Shown piece after piece: positions 51,138-60,389 of a stretch of 64,000 nucleotides of DNA. Both the position numbers and the translations under genes were made by a program. The stretch lies in contig JBBDRZ010000006.1 of assembly GCA_040905185.1 (NCBI GenBank), positions 8,039-72,038 of the forward strand. The letters are read 5' to 3'. Source of the stretch: Chloroflexota bacterium. Its GTDB lineage: Bacteria > Chloroflexota > Limnocylindria > QHBO01. Each line of letters begins with the position of its first letter. Position 1 is the first letter of the stretch. The notes below the pieces were generated by a model that searched no databases, was not told the origin of the DNA, and worked only from the letters and a program-made list of their open reading frames with translations.

Positions 51138-51839
51138 ATGATGCGCGGCATCCTCCCGGCCTGGACCGAGCCCGATCCGGCCCTGTACCACCGCCTGGGG
51201 GACATGATCGACCCCGGTCGCAAGGTGCTGGCCGCCCTGGAGCGGATCGTGCCCCTGTCCGGCAAACGGATCGCGGACGTGGGCACCGGGATCGGCCACT
51301 ACCCCATGCTCCTCGCCCGGCGCACGGCGCGCACCTATGGCATCGAGTCCGATCCGTCCCTGCTGGGGGAAGCGCGCCTGCGGGCCAGCGCGGCGCACCA
51401 GCCAAACATCCGGATGCTGGAGGGCGAGGCCACCGCCCTCCCCCTGCGCGACGCCGCGGTCGACATCGTGCTCCATGGCCTGATCGAGGCCGAGGAGGAC
51501 TCGCTGCCGGCCATCGCCGAAGCGCTGCGCGTCCTGCGTCCCGGGGGGCGGCTGGTGGTCATGGGCTACTACGGCCGCGACGACGTGGGGCCGCTCCTCG
51601 AGCCGGAGGTCGTGGCCCATGCTCGTCACGCCACCCAGCGGCGGATCGGCTGGTGGGTGCGCCACGGGTTCAAGATCAAGGTCGTCCACGCCAGGCTCGA
51701 CCTGCGCGACACCGAGGCTGCACATGCCATCCTGCCGCGCCTGTACGGCGACCGCGCGCGGGCCTTCCTGATGAGCTCGTATCCGCCCCTGCCGGAGCTC
51801 AAGCTGGGGCTCTACCACCTCGCCAAGGCATCGGCCTGA
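51138..51839 (+). CDS. class I SAM-dependent methyltransferase
   Basis: Motif I (VGTGIGHYP), motif post-I, motif II/III (LRPGGRLVV). Confidence 0.75.
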   Translation: MMRGILPAWTEPDPALYHRLGDMIDPGRKVLAALERIVPLSGKRIADVGTGIGHYPMLLARRTARTYGIESDPSLLGEARLRASAAHQPNIRMLEGEATALPLRDAAVDIVLHGLIEAEEDSLPAIAEALRVLRPGGRLVVMGYYGRDDVGPLLEPEVVAHARHATQRRIGWWVRHGFKIKVVHARLDLRDTEAAHAILPRLYGDRARAFLMSSYPPLPELKLGLYHLAKASA

Positions 51840-52004
51840 TCCGCCCAAAAGCGGTCCCTGGCGCCGTGTTATCGGTCTATCATCCGCCCGGGAGGCCAGG
51901 TTCTTCTCCCCCCGGAGCCTGGCCTCCCACTGTGCCTGACGGGCATTTCGGGCCCCCCGGAGCCGGTGCGATAATCCGGACCGACCCATCCAGGAGACCC
52001 ATCC

Positions 52005-53600
52005 GTGACCGCGACCAGCCCTCGCCTGAAGATCACCTACGCCACCCTCAGCGCCGATAACCCCGAGCTCCAGGCGGCCTTCGATCGGGCGGTGGATTGG
52101 GCCCGCGGCGAGCTGGGCAAGACGTACCCGATGCTGATCGGATCCGAGCTGCGCGAGGGGGGCGAGACCTTCGAGCACCGCTCCCCGATCGACACCGAGT
52201 TGGTCGTCAGCCGCTTCCCGGTCGGCACCCGCAAGGACGTGCATGACGCGGTCGCCGCGGCCCGCCACGCGTTCCCGGCCTGGCGCGACCTCGGCTGGCG
52301 GCGCCGGCTCGAGACCATCCGCCGCGCGGCGGACCTCATCAGCGAGCGGCAGTTCGATTACGCGGCGCTCATGACCTTCGAGGTCGGCAAGAACCGGCTG
52401 GAGTCGCTGGGCGACGTGGAGGAGACGGCGGATCTGCTCCGCTACTACGCCGACCAGATGGAGGCCCACGACGGGTTCGTCCAGCCCATGGGATCGCTGT
52501 CGCCGGCCGAGCACACCCGCTCGGTCCTCAAGCCACACGGCGTGTGGGCGGTCATCAGTCCCTTCAACTTCCCGATGGCCCTGGCCGGCGGGCCCGCGTC
52601 CGGCGCCCTGATCGCGGGCAACACGGTGGTCATGAAGCCCTCGTCCGACGCGCCGTTGATGGGCTGGAAGTTCGTCGAGGCCCTGCGCGAGGCGGGGATC
52701 CCGGACGGGGTCGTGAACTTCGTGACCGGCCCCGGCGAGAGCGTGGGCGCCGAGCTGGAGGAGAGCCCGGGCATCGACGGGATGGTGTTCACCGGCAGCC
52801 ACGAGGTCGGGATGCGGCTGTACCGCGGATTCACGCGCGACTACCCGAGGCCGATCATCACCGAGATGGGGGGCAAGAACCCGGCCATCGTCACCGCCAG
52901 CGCCGATCTGGATGAAGCGGCAGAGGGCGTGGCCCGCTCGGCGTTCGGGTTCGACGGGCAGAAGTGCAGCGCCAACTCGCGGGTCTACGTCGAGCGCAGC
53001 GTGGCGGCGGAGTTCGTCCAGCGGCTTGCCGAGCGAGCACGGCAGATCAAGGTGGGCGACCCCACCCAGCGCGAGAACTGGATGGGGCCGGTCATCAACG
53101 CCCGGGCGCTGCGCAAGTTCAGCGATGCGGTCGAGGAGGCGCGCCGGGACGGCGGCACCATCGCGGCCGGGGGCCAGGTCCTCGACTCCGGCGATGCGGC
53201 GCGCGGCTATTTCCCGACCCCGACCGTGGTCACCGGCCTCCCGCCCGACCACCGCCTGTTCCGAGACGAGCTGTTCGTGCCGTTCGTGGTGGTGGCCGAG
53301 GTGGACTCCCTGGACGAGGCCCTGGGCCTGGCCAATGACACCCCCTACGGCCTGACGGCCGGCATCTTTTCGCACGACCAATCCGAGATCGAGCGCTTCC
53401 TGACCGGCATCCAGGCCGGGGTCGTGTACGTCAACCGGCGGAGCGGCGCGACCACCGGGGCGTGGCCGGGCATCCAGTCCTTCGGCGGCTGGAAGGGATC
53501 CGGCTCGTCGGGCAAGAGCGGCCTGGGCCCGTACTACGTTCAGCAGTTCCTGCGCGAACAGTCGCAGACGGTCATGGGCGAAGAGCCACCCCCCGCATGA
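52005..53600 (+). CDS. rocA: L-glutamate gamma-semialdehyde (1-pyrroline-5-carboxylate) dehydrogenase, RocA/PruA-type
   Basis: ALDH superfamily (FTGSHEVG, EMGGKNP, catalytic C in GQKCSANSR). The N-terminal block LKITYATLSADNPELQ..KTYPMLIG is characteristic of RocA-type P5CDH. Confidence 0.8.
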   Translation: MTATSPRLKITYATLSADNPELQAAFDRAVDWARGELGKTYPMLIGSELREGGETFEHRSPIDTELVVSRFPVGTRKDVHDAVAAARHAFPAWRDLGWRRRLETIRRAADLISERQFDYAALMTFEVGKNRLESLGDVEETADLLRYYADQMEAHDGFVQPMGSLSPAEHTRSVLKPHGVWAVISPFNFPMALAGGPASGALIAGNTVVMKPSSDAPLMGWKFVEALREAGIPDGVVNFVTGPGESVGAELEESPGIDGMVFTGSHEVGMRLYRGFTRDYPRPIITEMGGKNPAIVTASADLDEAAEGVARSAFGFDGQKCSANSRVYVERSVAAEFVQRLAERARQIKVGDPTQRENWMGPVINARALRKFSDAVEEARRDGGTIAAGGQVLDSGDAARGYFPTPTVVTGLPPDHRLFRDELFVPFVVVAEVDSLDEALGLANDTPYGLTAGIFSHDQSEIERFLTGIQAGVVYVNRRSGATTGAWPGIQSFGGWKGSGSSGKSGLGPYYVQQFLREQSQTVMGEEPPPA

Positions 53601-54019
53601 CCCACCGTCGCCGCGCCGATGGGGTCGAGGCCGATCCGGCCGCCGCCCGGGTCGTCAGCAGCGGCTGGTTCGCGGTCGAGCTGCGGTACGCGTATCTGGT
53701 GGAGGATGCCCCTCAGCCGTACCTGGTCGAGGACCGAGTGGTCCTGATCGACGGGGATGACGAGGAGGCCGCCATGGGCCGCGCGGTGGAGATCGCGACC
53801 CGATACGAGGACGACTTCGAGACCGATGACGGCCGCCCCGGCGCCATTCGCTTCGACGGCATCGTGGCCATCAAGGAGCTCGACGACCCGCCCGCGGCCG
53901 GAACCGAGGTATGGCACGAGTACATGTCGCCAACCGCTGGAGCGGCTGCGGGCGACGACGAGTCGCTGCCGCCGGTGTGGCCGACCGAGATGGCGTTTCC
54001 CCGCGCCCACGACACCTGA
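53597..54019 (+). CDS. hypothetical acidic protein, translationally coupled (ATGA) to rocA
   Basis: 140 aa, no known motif. The ORF-track start at 53462 overlaps rocA and was rejected. Confidence 0.4.
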   Translation: MTHRRRADGVEADPAAARVVSSGWFAVELRYAYLVEDAPQPYLVEDRVVLIDGDDEEAAMGRAVEIATRYEDDFETDDGRPGAIRFDGIVAIKELDDPPAAGTEVWHEYMSPTAGAAAGDDESLPPVWPTEMAFPRAHDT

Positions 54020-54038
54020 CGATCGAGGGTTAACCAGG

Positions 54039-55094
54039 GTGGGCTGGCAGCGCGACCTGTACGCGGGCCTGCGGCCCGTCCTGTTCGCGACCGATTCGGA
54101 ATGGATCCATGGCGTGACCGTGACGGCCCTGCGCAAGGCGGCCGAAGGCTCGTACGGGCGGGCCGCGTTGAGGCACCTGGCGAGCGACGGCCCGGCCGGC
54201 TCATGGGCTGCGACGCGGCCGGTGGAGCACATGGGCCTCCGGTTCCGCAACCCGGTCGGGCTGGCGGCCGGGATGGACAAGAACGGGGAGGCGGTCGTCG
54301 GCTGGGGAGCGCTCGGCTTCGGCTTCGCCGAGGTGGGGACCGTCACCCCCCAGGCCCAATCCGGGAACGCTCGACCTCGGGTCTGGCGCCTGCCGGACGA
54401 CGATGCGCTCGTGAACCGGATGGGATTCAACAACCGGGGAGCGCCTGCGCTCGCCGAGAGCGTGACGCGCGCACGGCCGTGGCTCCCGCCCGATTTCGTC
54501 GTGGGGGTCAGCGTGGGTCGGGGGGCAACGACCCCTGACAAGGCGGCCGAGGAGGACTACCTGGCGGCTCTCCGCATCGTGGCGCCGGTTGCCGACTACA
54601 TGGCCGTGAACGTCAGCTCCCCGAACACCGAAGGCTTGGCGGCCCTCGAGGAGCCGGCCCGACTGGCTGCCCTGGTGACGTCCCTTTCGGCGGTCCAGCC
54701 CACGAAACCCCTGGTGGTCAAGCTCTCTCCCGACCTTCCCCCCGAGCGCCTTACGGCCATCGTGCACGCATTGAGCGACACACCAGCCGCAGGCCTCGTC
54801 CTGGCCAACACATCCACGTCCCGTTCCGGACTGCACGGCACGCTTCCGGCCGGCGCGGAGCAGGGAGGCCTCTCCGGTCGCCCGCTGCTTCCCGGCATGC
54901 TGGCCGCCATCGGTACCGTGAAGGGCCAGACCAAGGATCGGTTCACCCTGATGGCTTCCGGCGGGATCTTCTCCGGAGCCGATGCGCGCCGCGCCGTGGA
55001 CGCCGGCGCCGACCTGGTCCAGCTGTGGACCGGGCTCGTCTACGCGGGCCCGGGGTTGATCGGGGAGGTGGTCGAGGCGCTAACATCTGGCTGA
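54039..55094 (+). CDS. pyrD: dihydroorotate dehydrogenase (quinone), class 2
   Basis: GTG start (VGWQRDLYAGLRP) with GAGGG upstream. PyrD motifs NPVGLAAGMDKNGE, GFGFAEVGTVTP, NVSSPNT, ASGGI. Confidence 0.85.
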   Translation: MGWQRDLYAGLRPVLFATDSEWIHGVTVTALRKAAEGSYGRAALRHLASDGPAGSWAATRPVEHMGLRFRNPVGLAAGMDKNGEAVVGWGALGFGFAEVGTVTPQAQSGNARPRVWRLPDDDALVNRMGFNNRGAPALAESVTRARPWLPPDFVVGVSVGRGATTPDKAAEEDYLAALRIVAPVADYMAVNVSSPNTEGLAALEEPARLAALVTSLSAVQPTKPLVVKLSPDLPPERLTAIVHALSDTPAAGLVLANTSTSRSGLHGTLPAGAEQGGLSGRPLLPGMLAAIGTVKGQTKDRFTLMASGGIFSGADARRAVDAGADLVQLWTGLVYAGPGLIGEVVEALTSG

Positions 55095-55145
55095 GCTAGC
55101 CAGGGGCGCGGGCAGGACGCGCCGCTTTCGACCAGGGGTCCCCTC

Positions 55146-56519
55146 ATGACCGTTCGGGCCTTCCGTGAAGCGGCCGATGCCGCGCCAACCGTTCCCCACC
55201 TCGGAACCGAGCTTCCCGGTCCGCGCGCCCGCGAGCTGATTGCCCGCGACGCCGCCGTCACCAGTCCGTCGCTGACCCGCGCCTATCCGCTGGTGGCCGA
55301 GTCGGGCAGCGGGTACGTGGTCACCGACGTGGACGGCAACCGATTCCTCGACTTCGCCGCCGGGATTGCGGTTGCGGCGACCGGCCATTCGCACCCGGCG
55401 GTGGTGGCGGCCATCACCGCCCAGGCCGAGCAGCTGGTCCATATCGCGGCCACCGATTTCTACGAGCCCCGCTACATCGAGCTCTCCGAGCGACTGGCGG
55501 CCATCGCTCCATTCGAGGATAAGGCCCGCGTGTTCCTGACCAACTCGGGGACGGAGGCGGTCGAGGGGGCCATCAAGCTGGCCCGCCACCACACCGCCCG
55601 CCCGGCGATCATCGCCTTCGAGGGCGCCTTCCACGGGCGCACGCTCGGCGCGCTGTCGCTCACGAACTCCAAGCTCAAGCAGCGTGCCGGCTTCGGACCG
55701 CTGCTGCCCATGGTCTTCCACGCCCCGTTCCCGCGCGTCCGGTCCTGGCACGAGGGCTCCGGAGGCGATGGCACCGCTGAGCTGGAAATCCTGCGCCGAT
55801 CCATCCTGGGCCGGTTGGTGGCGCCCGAGGACGTGGCGGCCATCGTGTTCGAGCCGATCCAGGGCGAGGGCGGCTACTTCCCGGCGCCGGAAGCGTTCAT
55901 TCGCGGGCTGCGCGAGATCTGCGACGAGCACGGCATCATCCTCATCGCGGATGAGATCCAGTCCGGCATGGGGCGCACGGGCCGGATGTGGGCCATGGAG
56001 GCCTACGACGTCGAGCCGGACGTCGTGACGGTGGCCAAGGGCATCGCCTCGGGCATGCCGCTCGGCGCCTTCATCGGTCGTGAGCGGCTGTTCACCTGGA
56101 CCGCCGGGGCCCATGGCAGCACCTTCGCGGGCAACCCGGTGTGCTCCGCCGCGGCGCTGGCGACCCTGGACCTGCTGGAAAGTGGGCTCATCGAGAACGC
56201 GGCCAGGATGGGCGACCGGCTGCGGGCCGGTGTCAAGTTCGCATCGGCAGACTGCGGGGTCGTCCGCGACATCCGCGGCGCCGGGCTCATGCTCGGCGTC
56301 GAGTTCGCCAGCCACGGGGAGGCCAACGCGGTGGAGCAGGCGGCATTCGAGCGCGGCCTCCTCATCCTGGAGTGCGGCGAAGCCTCGATCCGGTTCTGCC
56401 CGCCACTCATGGTGGACGAGCCGGCCGTCGACGCGGCCATCCGGCTCTACGCCGATGCGCTGGCCTCGGTGGGCTGCCCCATCCGCCCGCTGCCGGGGCC
56501 CGAAGAGACCGGAGGCTGA
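55146..56519 (+). CDS. class-III (ornithine/4-aminobutyrate-type) PLP aminotransferase
   Basis: Motifs TNSGTEAVEGAIKLAR, DEIQSGMGRTG and the PLP lysine in TVAKGIASG. Confidence 0.85.
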   Translation: MTVRAFREAADAAPTVPHLGTELPGPRARELIARDAAVTSPSLTRAYPLVAESGSGYVVTDVDGNRFLDFAAGIAVAATGHSHPAVVAAITAQAEQLVHIAATDFYEPRYIELSERLAAIAPFEDKARVFLTNSGTEAVEGAIKLARHHTARPAIIAFEGAFHGRTLGALSLTNSKLKQRAGFGPLLPMVFHAPFPRVRSWHEGSGGDGTAELEILRRSILGRLVAPEDVAAIVFEPIQGEGGYFPAPEAFIRGLREICDEHGIILIADEIQSGMGRTGRMWAMEAYDVEPDVVTVAKGIASGMPLGAFIGRERLFTWTAGAHGSTFAGNPVCSAAALATLDLLESGLIENAARMGDRLRAGVKFASADCGVVRDIRGAGLMLGVEFASHGEANAVEQAAFERGLLILECGEASIRFCPPLMVDEPAVDAAIRLYADALASVGCPIRPLPGPEETGG

Positions 56520-56520
56520 C

Positions 56521-57435
56521 CCCACGGCCTCCAAGGTCGTCTCGCTGTCGGAGGCAATCGCCGCCCACGTCCACGACGGCGACCTGGTGGCGATCGAGGG
56601 CTTCACCCACCTCATCTCATTCGCCGCCGGGCACGAGATCATCCGCCAGGGCCGCCGCGACCTGACCCTGGCCCGCCTGACCCCGGACCTGGTGTACGAC
56701 CAGATGGTGGCCGCCGGCTGCGCCCGCAAGCTCGTCTTCTCGTGGCTCGGCAACCCGGGCGTGGGTTCCTTGCACGCCATCCGGCGCGCCATCGAAGGCG
56801 GCGGCCTGGAGTTGGAGGAGTACAGCCATTTCGGCATGGTCGGCCGCTACGTGGCGGGCGCCGCGCATCTCCCCTTCTACCCGCTGCGTTCCTACGCCGG
56901 GTCGGACCTGCCGGCGGCCAATCCGCTCATCCAGTGGGTTGCCTCCCCCTATGCCCCGGGAGATGACGTCGCGGTCGTGCCGGCCCTCAACCCCGACGTC
57001 ACGATCATTCATGCCCAGCGCGCCGACGCCGAGGGCAACGTCCAGGTCTGGGGGCTGGTGGGGGTCCAGCGCGAGGCCGCCATGGCCGCCGAGCGCGTCA
57101 TCGCCGTCGTGGAGGAGCTGGTCGACACCGAGGTGATCCGCGCCGACCCGGACCGGACCCTGCTGCCCGGGGTGGTGGTGACAGCCGTCTGTATCGAGCC
57201 CTACGGGGCGCACCCATCGTTCGCCCAGGGTTACTACGACCGCGACAACGCGTTCTACCGCGCCTGGGATCCGATCAGCCGCGACCCCGGTCTACTCGAG
57301 GCGTGGCTCGACGAATGGGTGCGGGGGATCCGCGACCGCGCGGGCTACGTCGAGAAGCTCGGCCCCGAGACCGTCGCCGCACTCCGGCCGAAGCCGCGGC
57401 CATCCGGATCGGTCGACTACGGCGAGTATTCGTGA
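56521..57435 (+). CDS. CoA-transferase subunit A (glutaconate CoA-transferase GctA-like); start codon unresolved
   Basis: The conserved N-terminus SKVVSLSEAIAAHVHDGDLVAIEGF begins right after the aminotransferase stop. There is no in-frame ATG/GTG/TTG before a GTG about 60 nt downstream. Confidence 0.55.
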   Translation, partial: PTASKVVSLSEAIAAHVHDGDLVAIEGFTHLISFAAGHEIIRQGRRDLTLARLTPDLVYDQMVAAGCARKLVFSWLGNPGVGSLHAIRRAIEGGGLELEEYSHFGMVGRYVAGAAHLPFYPLRSYAGSDLPAANPLIQWVASPYAPGDDVAVVPALNPDVTIIHAQRADAEGNVQVWGLVGVQREAAMAAERVIAVVEELVDTEVIRADPDRTLLPGVVVTAVCIEPYGAHPSFAQGYYDRDNAFYRAWDPISRDPGLLEAWLDEWVRGIRDRAGYVEKLGPETVAALRPKPRPSGSVDYGEYS

Positions 57436-58190
57436 GCGCGACGCCCGACGAGCTGATGGTGGCCGCCGCCGCCGCTGAGCTGGCCGGCGTCCGGACCGTG
57501 TTCGTGGGCATCGGCCTGCCCAACGCGGCCGCCATCCTGGCCCGTCGCACGGTGGCGCCGGACCTGGAGCTGATCTACGAGTCGGGGGTGGTCGGGGCGC
57601 GACCGTCCCGCCTGCCCGACAGCATCGGCGACCCGGCCCTCGTCTCAGGGGCCACCGCGACGATGAGCATGCACGACCTGTTCGCGTACTTCCTGCAGGG
57701 CGGCCGGATCGAGGTCGGGATGCTCGGCGCCGCTCAGGTCGATCGCTGGGGGAACCTGAACACCACGGTCATCGGTCCGTATGCGAACCCGACGGTGCGG
57801 CTGCCGGGGTCCGGCGGGGCCTGCGAGATCGCGCTGAACGCCGCGCGGGTCATCGTCGTCATGAGCCAATCCCCGCGTTCCTTCGTGGAGCGCGTCGACT
57901 TCGTGACCTCGCCTGGCCATCGCCATCCCGATGGCCGCCCCCGTCCGGCCTGGGCAGGCGGCGGCCCGGACACGGTCATCACCCAGCTGGGGGTCTACCG
58001 ATTCGGCACCGATGGCGAAATGGAGCTGGCGGCTCTCCACGATGGCGTCCGCGACGCCGATGTCGACGCCGCCTCAGGCTGGCCGATCCTCCGCCGCCAG
58101 CCGCTGGAGACCCTCAATGCCCCCAATCCCGACACTCTATCGGCGATCCACTCCTTGTCCGGCGCGGAACGGGAGGCGGCGCCAAGCTAA
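57432..58190 (+). CDS. CoA-transferase subunit B
   Basis: GTG start overlapping the subunit A stop (GTGA). Contains GIGLPNAA and the ESG-type motif (YESGVVG, the catalytic Glu region of family I CoA-transferase beta subunits). Confidence 0.7.
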   Translation: MSATPDELMVAAAAAELAGVRTVFVGIGLPNAAAILARRTVAPDLELIYESGVVGARPSRLPDSIGDPALVSGATATMSMHDLFAYFLQGGRIEVGMLGAAQVDRWGNLNTTVIGPYANPTVRLPGSGGACEIALNAARVIVVMSQSPRSFVERVDFVTSPGHRHPDGRPRPAWAGGGPDTVITQLGVYRFGTDGEMELAALHDGVRDADVDAASGWPILRRQPLETLNAPNPDTLSAIHSLSGAEREAAPS

Positions 58191-58206
58191 GGTCTGGCCG
58201 GATGCG

Positions 58207-58650
58207 TCAGATGCCGCTGCTAGTCGAACCAGCCGGCAACCCAGATCGCTCGCCCATGTGCATTTCCGCCGTTTCGGGATCTGCGCGATTCGGCTGCAGT
58301 TGCGCTGGGCGTCCCTCCGACCGGAGGAGTCCAAGGGTGCCTACGCTGATCTGGATATTCGTCAGGCCCGGCGCACCCCCAGCAGCGACATATCGCCGAA
58401 TGGCGTCACGAACAGTCTCACTGAAACTGGCGCCCCGACTCGCCGCGATCGTGTGGAGGGCATTCATGTCGGCCCTCTCAAGACGAAGAGAGAACTGCAC
58501 GCTATCGCTTTGCCTTGGGCGGGCGGGAAGATCGACCGCGCTCTCCCACGCATAGTCCTCAGGATTGCCGACGACGGCGCGCTCCTCCTTCGATAGATGG
58601 TCGAAGGATTGGCGCTTGGCTCTGGGCATGTTCAGCATCTCCTGGATCAC
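58207..58650 (-). CDS. brnA: BrnA-like antitoxin (ribbon-helix-helix), C-terminally extended
   Basis: VQFSLRLERADMNALHTIAASRGASFSETVRDAIRRY matches the RHH DNA-binding core of BrnA/CopG antitoxins. Sits immediately downstream of the brnT-like gene, with about 50 extra C-terminal residues. Confidence 0.55.
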   Translation of the reverse strand: MIQEMLNMPRAKRQSFDHLSKEERAVVGNPEDYAWESAVDLPARPRQSDSVQFSLRLERADMNALHTIAASRGASFSETVRDAIRRYVAAGGAPGLTNIQISVGTLGLLRSEGRPAQLQPNRADPETAEMHMGERSGLPAGSTSSGI

Positions 58651-58657
58651 GATTTGT

Positions 58658-58927
58658 TCAGCGGTCTGTTCGTTTCGTATCCCACGCGGTGAAGGCTCGC
58701 CATGTTCCTCTCGAACGGGCTCTTAACAGCACAACTGTAATCGGTCTGCCTGCGGCTGTGTATCCCAGCATGAGGTACTGCCCGCGGTGGCGCTTTCGGT
58801 TAGGAATCATTCGGCGATCGCCATCCCACGCTTCGAGGGTTTCCGCGCGCGTTACGACGGGACGGCCGGCATGAGCCTGATGCTCCTCGAAGTTGTCATG
58901 GAAGACCAGCTCGTCAAAGGCCGGCAC
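58658..58927 (-). CDS. brnT: BrnT-like toxin (DUF497 ribonuclease family)
   Basis: 89 aa. The C-terminal block RHRGQYLMLGYTAAGRPITVVLLRARSRGTWRAFTAWDTKRTDR fits the BrnT pattern (R.R....G....GR...VV...R.......ISA...T..E). Confidence 0.55.
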   Translation of the reverse strand: MPAFDELVFHDNFEEHQAHAGRPVVTRAETLEAWDGDRRMIPNRKRHRGQYLMLGYTAAGRPITVVLLRARSRGTWRAFTAWDTKRTDR

Positions 58928-58939
58928 CCGATGCTCCGA

Positions 58940-58980
58940 TAATTGTTGACGGAAGTATCCCAGGTGGGATACGATCCGTC
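58940..58980. promoter_or_regulatory. imperfect 17/18-bp inverted repeat TTGACGGAAGTATCCCA-N4-TGGGATACGATCCGTCAA in the brnT / 59007-gene divergent region (candidate BrnA operator)
   Basis: Read directly. Lies in an AT-richer intergenic region; TTGACG may double as a -35. Confidence 0.45.
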
Positions 58981-59006
58981 AATCTGAATCCCTAATGTGA
59001 TGCGGA

Positions 59007-59486
59007 GTGTTCGCCATGGAAGGTGAGGTGCCGAACAGCCCTCCCTCAGAGGAAGTTGAGATCGACTATCTCCTCCTCGCTGACTACGCGGAGGTGCTCA
59101 ACAACAAGATGTATCTGATGGGGGGAGGATGGGACAACTTCGCCCCGTCGAGCTATCCGGCGGAAATGCGATGGGGCGTGGCGGTAGGCATTCGCGTCCC
59201 CTTCCTCGAATCCAACAGACCAATCCACTTCGTATTGACCATGCGCGGGGATGGAGGGCAGGAACACTTCCGAATTGAGGGTGACTTGGAGACCGGTCGG
59301 CCACCCGGATCAAAAGGTGAGTCGATCCTCGCCCCTCTGGCGATCAATGGAACGACTCAGCTCATCGGGCCCAACTTGTTGGAGATCGTCGCAACGATCG
59401 ACGGAAAGCACTCGCGCCGTATCAGTGTCCGCGCACGACCAGCGCGAGACACATCGCCAGGCTCAAAACCGGCGAGCGGAGCCTAG
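59007..59486 (+). CDS. hypothetical protein (low-GC islet)
   Basis: 159 aa (GTG start, or ATG at 59016). No motif I recognise. Confidence 0.4.
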   Translation: MFAMEGEVPNSPPSEEVEIDYLLLADYAEVLNNKMYLMGGGWDNFAPSSYPAEMRWGVAVGIRVPFLESNRPIHFVLTMRGDGGQEHFRIEGDLETGRPPGSKGESILAPLAINGTTQLIGPNLLEIVATIDGKHSRRISVRARPARDTSPGSKPASGA

Positions 59487-60385
59487 TTCAGCAGGTCGCT
59501 AACCGAGGTCAGGAGCAGGCCCCGATCACGCAACGCGGGGACCATGATCTCCAGCGCGGCGAGAGTCTCGTATCCGCCCAGGTGCATGAGGACGATCGAG
59601 CCGCTGGCGGCGGAGGTCACGACCCCGGACGCGATCTGCTCGGCGGTCGGGCCGCCGTCGGCGATCGGCCTCCAGTCGATGGTGTCGATCGACCACAAGA
59701 TCGTCTTCGTGTAACCGACGCCGGCCGCGGCGGCCAGGACCGTCTCGTTGTAGGCCCCATACGGCGGGCGCCAGTACGGCACGGTCGGATGGCCAGTCGC
59801 CGTTTCCACGATGGCGGCCGCATCGGTCAGTTCAGCGGTGATGAAGGCGGCGCTGGGCGGACCCGCCGTCGCGCAGGGAGCCTCGGTCGGCGAGCCCAGC
59901 CCGCCGTCGCGCAGGTTGCAGTGGTGCATCGTGTGGTTGCCCAGCTCGAACAGCTCGGGATTGGCGCGGACGATGGCGAGCACTTCCTGGCCCACGGCCG
60001 TCTCGCTCATCGCGCCGGTGGGGAAGAGCGTGGCGCACACCTGGTTGGCGATCAGGAAGTCCAGGATGTCGATGGCCGGGTCGAGCCGGCCACCCATGTC
60101 GAAGGTCAGGGCCACGGCTGGGCCCGCGTTGGGGGCGATGGCAATGATCTCCCGCTCGCCAACCGGCGAGCGGTTGCCGGCGAAGCAGTTGAGGGCAACC
60201 GGCGTGGGCGTCGGACGCGGCGTCCGCGACGGGCTGGGGCTGGGGCTTGGGGGCGGGCGGGCGGTGGGGCGCGGGAAGGATGAATGAGACGCCGACGCGT
60301 TCGGTGACGCGGATGGGGCGCAGCCGGCCAGGACCAGGACGACGGTGAGGAGGAACCCGCCCGGCCGGCGCCAGCCGGCCGGCAT
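59483..60385 (-). CDS. polysaccharide deacetylase (NodB homology) lipoprotein
   Basis: Start trimmed to MPAGWRRPGGFLLTVVLVLAGC (lipobox), which avoids an overlap with the upstream gene. P/S/T linker. NodB motifs TFDMGG, HTMHH, WSIDTIDW. Confidence 0.75.
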   Translation of the reverse strand: MPAGWRRPGGFLLTVVLVLAGCAPSASPNASASHSSFPRPTARPPPSPSPSPSRTPRPTPTPVALNCFAGNRSPVGEREIIAIAPNAGPAVALTFDMGGRLDPAIDILDFLIANQVCATLFPTGAMSETAVGQEVLAIVRANPELFELGNHTMHHCNLRDGGLGSPTEAPCATAGPPSAAFITAELTDAAAIVETATGHPTVPYWRPPYGAYNETVLAAAAGVGYTKTILWSIDTIDWRPIADGGPTAEQIASGVVTSAASGSIVLMHLGGYETLAALEIMVPALRDRGLLLTSVSDLLN

Positions 60386-60389
60386 CGGT

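Noticed and set aside
51003-53381. 792-aa minus-strand ORF
   Set aside because: Antisense to the P5C dehydrogenase and methyltransferase genes. Low-complexity product.
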